Source of the DNA: Fimbriosthenelais zetlandica
Taxonomy: Eukaryota
Assembly (NCBI GenBank): GCA_977030845.1
Contig: OZ365110.1
Span: 52,266,001-52,330,000, forward strand
Direction: 5' to 3'
DNA: 64,000 nucleotides
The stretch's first letter is position 1. Each line of letters starts with the position of its first letter. The notes under the pieces were generated by a model. It was not told the origin of the DNA. It saw nothing but the letters and a program-made list of their open reading frames with translations, and did no database searches. Made by a program: the position numbers and the translations under genes. Shown here in pieces: positions 61,101 through 64,000 of the stretch.

Positions 61101-63814
61101 GGTGTTTACTTTAAGGTGCATTGGTAGTGATCAATTTATTCTTTAATAAAAAGTTGACTTGATCATGGATGGATGAGAACGACACTTTTCAATTATTGAA
61201 GATTTGAATTTTTTTTTACAATGCAGGATTTGATGTCCATTCAAGAGGACTACACGAGTTTACAGGATGAATTTTACAAATTTAAACTGGTCTCACAGCA
61301 GGAGCTGTACGGCTTGAAGGTACATCATTTAATAAAATATAACTCACTGTAATCACTCCGGGCACTTCTAAGAAATCAGATTCCTTTTATAAGCCAACCA
61401 TATGTTTGCGTTTGATATGCTGTAGTTTGCGGCTATAAATCTGTTAAAAACTTATTCAAACATTGCCTTCCTCCAACTTCCCAGTTAGACGTAGAATTGA
61501 AACTCCTCCCCTCCCTCACCCTCTCCAACCAGTAACCCCACCCCGCCTCACTGTCCAGTTAAAATGCAGTGAGCCATGACGAAAGCTTACATCGATTAAA
61601 AGCTACCACCCTCACTTAGAATTGAATTTTTTTCAGGCCTCACTGATATCATTTGGCATCCCAGTATCAACCAATACTCAGGAGGACGGATCTAAAAGCA
61701 AAACAAATGTGGTCAAAACCCTTCAAGAAGTGCCCCAGCCTCGGGTCCCACTCTCCCAGGGACCGCCCCGAAGCCAACCGAAGCCCAGACTACCTCACCA
61801 ACCCCATGTACCCACCGAAAATCCAGCTACAAGCCACAACATTGGGGTGTCTCCAGATCAGCTAGCCCACTCTCAAAACATCATGGAAGCTAATTTACAG
61901 ATGCAGATGATTATGCAACAGATGTTAATGTCAAAAAGTAACGGCCTACCACTACAGAGTGTTCCCAGTGAAAGGGATAGATCTCAAAGACAGGAAGGTT
62001 TGTATTTTTCATTTATTCTTTGTACCCTTTGGCCTTAATATTTAGGCTTTGGCCTTAATATTCAAGCTATCTGCTTTTCCTTTTTCTATGCAATGCAGAA
62101 CTCCATTAAAAGTTTACTGCTTTAATTGAATAGTGAATGGGATAGGTTTCTCATGGAATTTCACTAATATTCCATCTTAGGAGATTTTTTGAATACACTT
62201 TTTGATTAATTTGTTGATGAAGTTTGTCTCAGTTTAATGTGTTCCTTACTTAGGTATCCCAGTATTGAGAATCATTGTCACTCATTGTTATTTTGATTAG
62301 AAAAATGATTACACTTCCATTATAGATACAATGAGCTTGGACCAGCACCCACTCAGCAGCACACTGACCTCTCAGAGTACAGTGAGAAGTGTGGCATCTA
62401 CAGGACGCTCCCAGCAATATCAGCCCCCAGTTAACCAGCCTAATCACTTCCTACCCGCCACCCTCCTCTCTCCTCCAAGACAAAGCAACAGTCCTCGCGA
62501 TCCAGGTATGTATTGGCTGAAAGCTAATAAACATATAATTCAAATCTTAATGAGAATGAAATCAGATGAGTACTCACGCAGTATCAAGACTTTGGATTCA
62601 ATCGGTGTGCAGTATAAAGCCTTTTTGCATCAGGAAGATTAAAGAAATATTGAAACTTTACAAGTTCGTTTTCTATTCTATTTTTGAATAGAAAATCATA
62701 CGTGAATCATCAAGAGTATGAGCTGGCTTCACCAATAATATAGCTCTATAAAAATTCTAACTAAAAAAAAAAAAAAAAAAAAATGTTTTTATACATGTAT
62801 GATTTGACTTTTCTCTTTCATTCAGGCAAAGCAGATTCAAGATTTCAAGGACACAGCTCAAATCAGCATCAAACGATGCCCACTCATACCAATCAACCAG
62901 TAGCCAAACTTCAACAACCAGTACCTAACCGTAACCAGCCAGTACTGAGCCAGTCCCAACCAGTTCCAAACCAAACCTCTCAAAACCAGAACCACCAGCA
63001 AGCCTTAGCCAACCTGTATGCAAGTCTCCGAGCCTCACAAGGCGGCCAGTTCAAACCAGTACCGGTGGACAATGAATCCAACCCTGACACTGCCCAACAG
63101 CCTACAGATCTCTACTTCAAATCCAACCAGGCTCCCTCACAGCTGATGCAGGGACTCCCTGGTCAAGGGCCGGCTCCTGGGCAGGCTCAGTTTATGTTGG
63201 GTAATGGGCAGGTGTATGGTGAAGGGCCGGCTCCTGGGCAGGCTGAGTTTATGTTGGGTAATGGGCAGGTGTATGGTGAAGGGCCGGCTCCTGGGCAGGC
63301 TCAGTTTATGTTGGGTAATGGGCAGGTGTATGGTGATGGTGGAGCTGCTGAACGTGTCGAGATGAACCGTGAACTCATTACTAAACAGATAGAAGAACTC
63401 AATAAACAACATGCTGAGGCCAAGACTAAACTCCAGAAACTCTTTATACAGCAGCAGAATGCAGTCAAGGACCTCAGCCAGGTTAGAAAGAAATCATTTC
63501 AAATGGGGAAAATAAAATAGGGAAAAAACTTCTCCAGATTGAAAATTCTGGGTTTTTTTTGGTTAAAACTGATGTTTACAATTAGTATTTGGTCCTTTCA
63601 TGGTAACTTATTTTTCTTTTAAATTTTGACATTTTTTGTTGTGTTTCTTTGAGAGCTAACACGTTTTTTATGTGTCAATATCCAGGATGATATGGGTCAT
63701 CACATCTCACCCTCTATCTCCCCCATCCCCGGCGGGTCAGAGTCAGACACAGGTGGTACTATCATCTCTGATATGAGTTCTCTACGGGCAGCGGCTGCTG
63801 TACCTAAACCAAAG
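58153..63814 (+). CDS. SPICE1: Spindle and centriole-associated protein 1-like (16 exons visible, 3'-incomplete)
   Basis: Exons 58153-58236, 58338-58385, 58590-58668, 58793-58875, 58987-59058, 59201-59256, 59384-59499, 59654-59842, 60084-60316, 60663-60812, 60983-61075, 61227-61319, 61637-61997, 62326-62505, 62826-63481, 63686-63814; phase-consistent. The N-terminus MSFVRV...KKKPEWDDTNTDLTVYKATPEEV...HQSKN...LRDVLAKSD...GLPSVTIAP matches the SPICE1/CCDC52 N-terminus as I recall it. Confidence 0.88.
62691..62783 (+). mobile_element. 5'-truncated SINE family 1 tail with long poly(A), in SPICE1 intron 14
   Basis: GAAAATCATACG...CAAGAGTATGAGCTGGCTTCACCAATAATATAGCTCTATAAAAATTCTAACT(A)n matches the 3' end of the 21205-21521 copy. 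Confidence 0.85.
63166..63336 (+). repeat. Coding tandem repeat, 3 x 57 bp (GPAPGQA[Q/E]FMLGNGQVYG[E/D])
   Basis: AGGGCCGG starts at 63166, 63223 and 63280; in frame within SPICE1 exon 15. Confidence 0.95.
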
Positions 63815-64000
63815 GTATGGAACACATATTTATGTTATAACATTTTATTGAGATTTTATTACAAACGCCCAAATCAAAATTAAAACATTTAATTCACTTA
63901 AAATAAACTTAAATTCTGTCAATCTTGCTTTTTAATGATTTTTAAAAAATTATTTGCCCTGGATATGATTTAAAGTAGATTAGTAGGTGTTTTATTGTGG

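Noticed and set aside
63137-63412. Minus-strand 91-aa repeat ORF
   Set aside because: Antisense reading of the SPICE1 57-bp coding repeat.

Overview
Intron-rich, AT-rich animal (invertebrate-like) genomic DNA; not prokaryotic. All exon models were traced by hand through GT-AG junctions with consistent phases. The right half is gene-dense. It holds an 18-exon DNA ligase IV gene (LIG4, minus, 47747-57177, ~931 aa), with a 6-exon METTL24/Methyltransf_22-like gene (plus, 50286-51913) nested antisense in its intron 11. A SPICE1-like centriolar gene (plus, from 58153, running off the right edge) sits head-to-head with LIG4. A 13-14 exon single-pass receptor (minus, ~35912-44405) has the order signal peptide, 2 degenerate C-type lectin domains, sushi, EGF, EGF-Ca, SEA-like, EGF, TM. 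An unidentified gene with a Thr-Pro-rich N-terminus starts at ~34 kb on the minus strand. The left ~32 kb has no recognisable protein domains and is probably long introns or regulatory DNA. It carries tRNA-derived SINEs, several MITE families, minisatellites and a 308-nt assembly gap. The most notable observations are the nested antisense methyltransferase gene, the receptor architecture, two different-sequence MITE families that are both exactly 211 bp, and a near-perfect 3x19-aa repeat in SPICE1. No database searches were run; family names rest on motif recognition.
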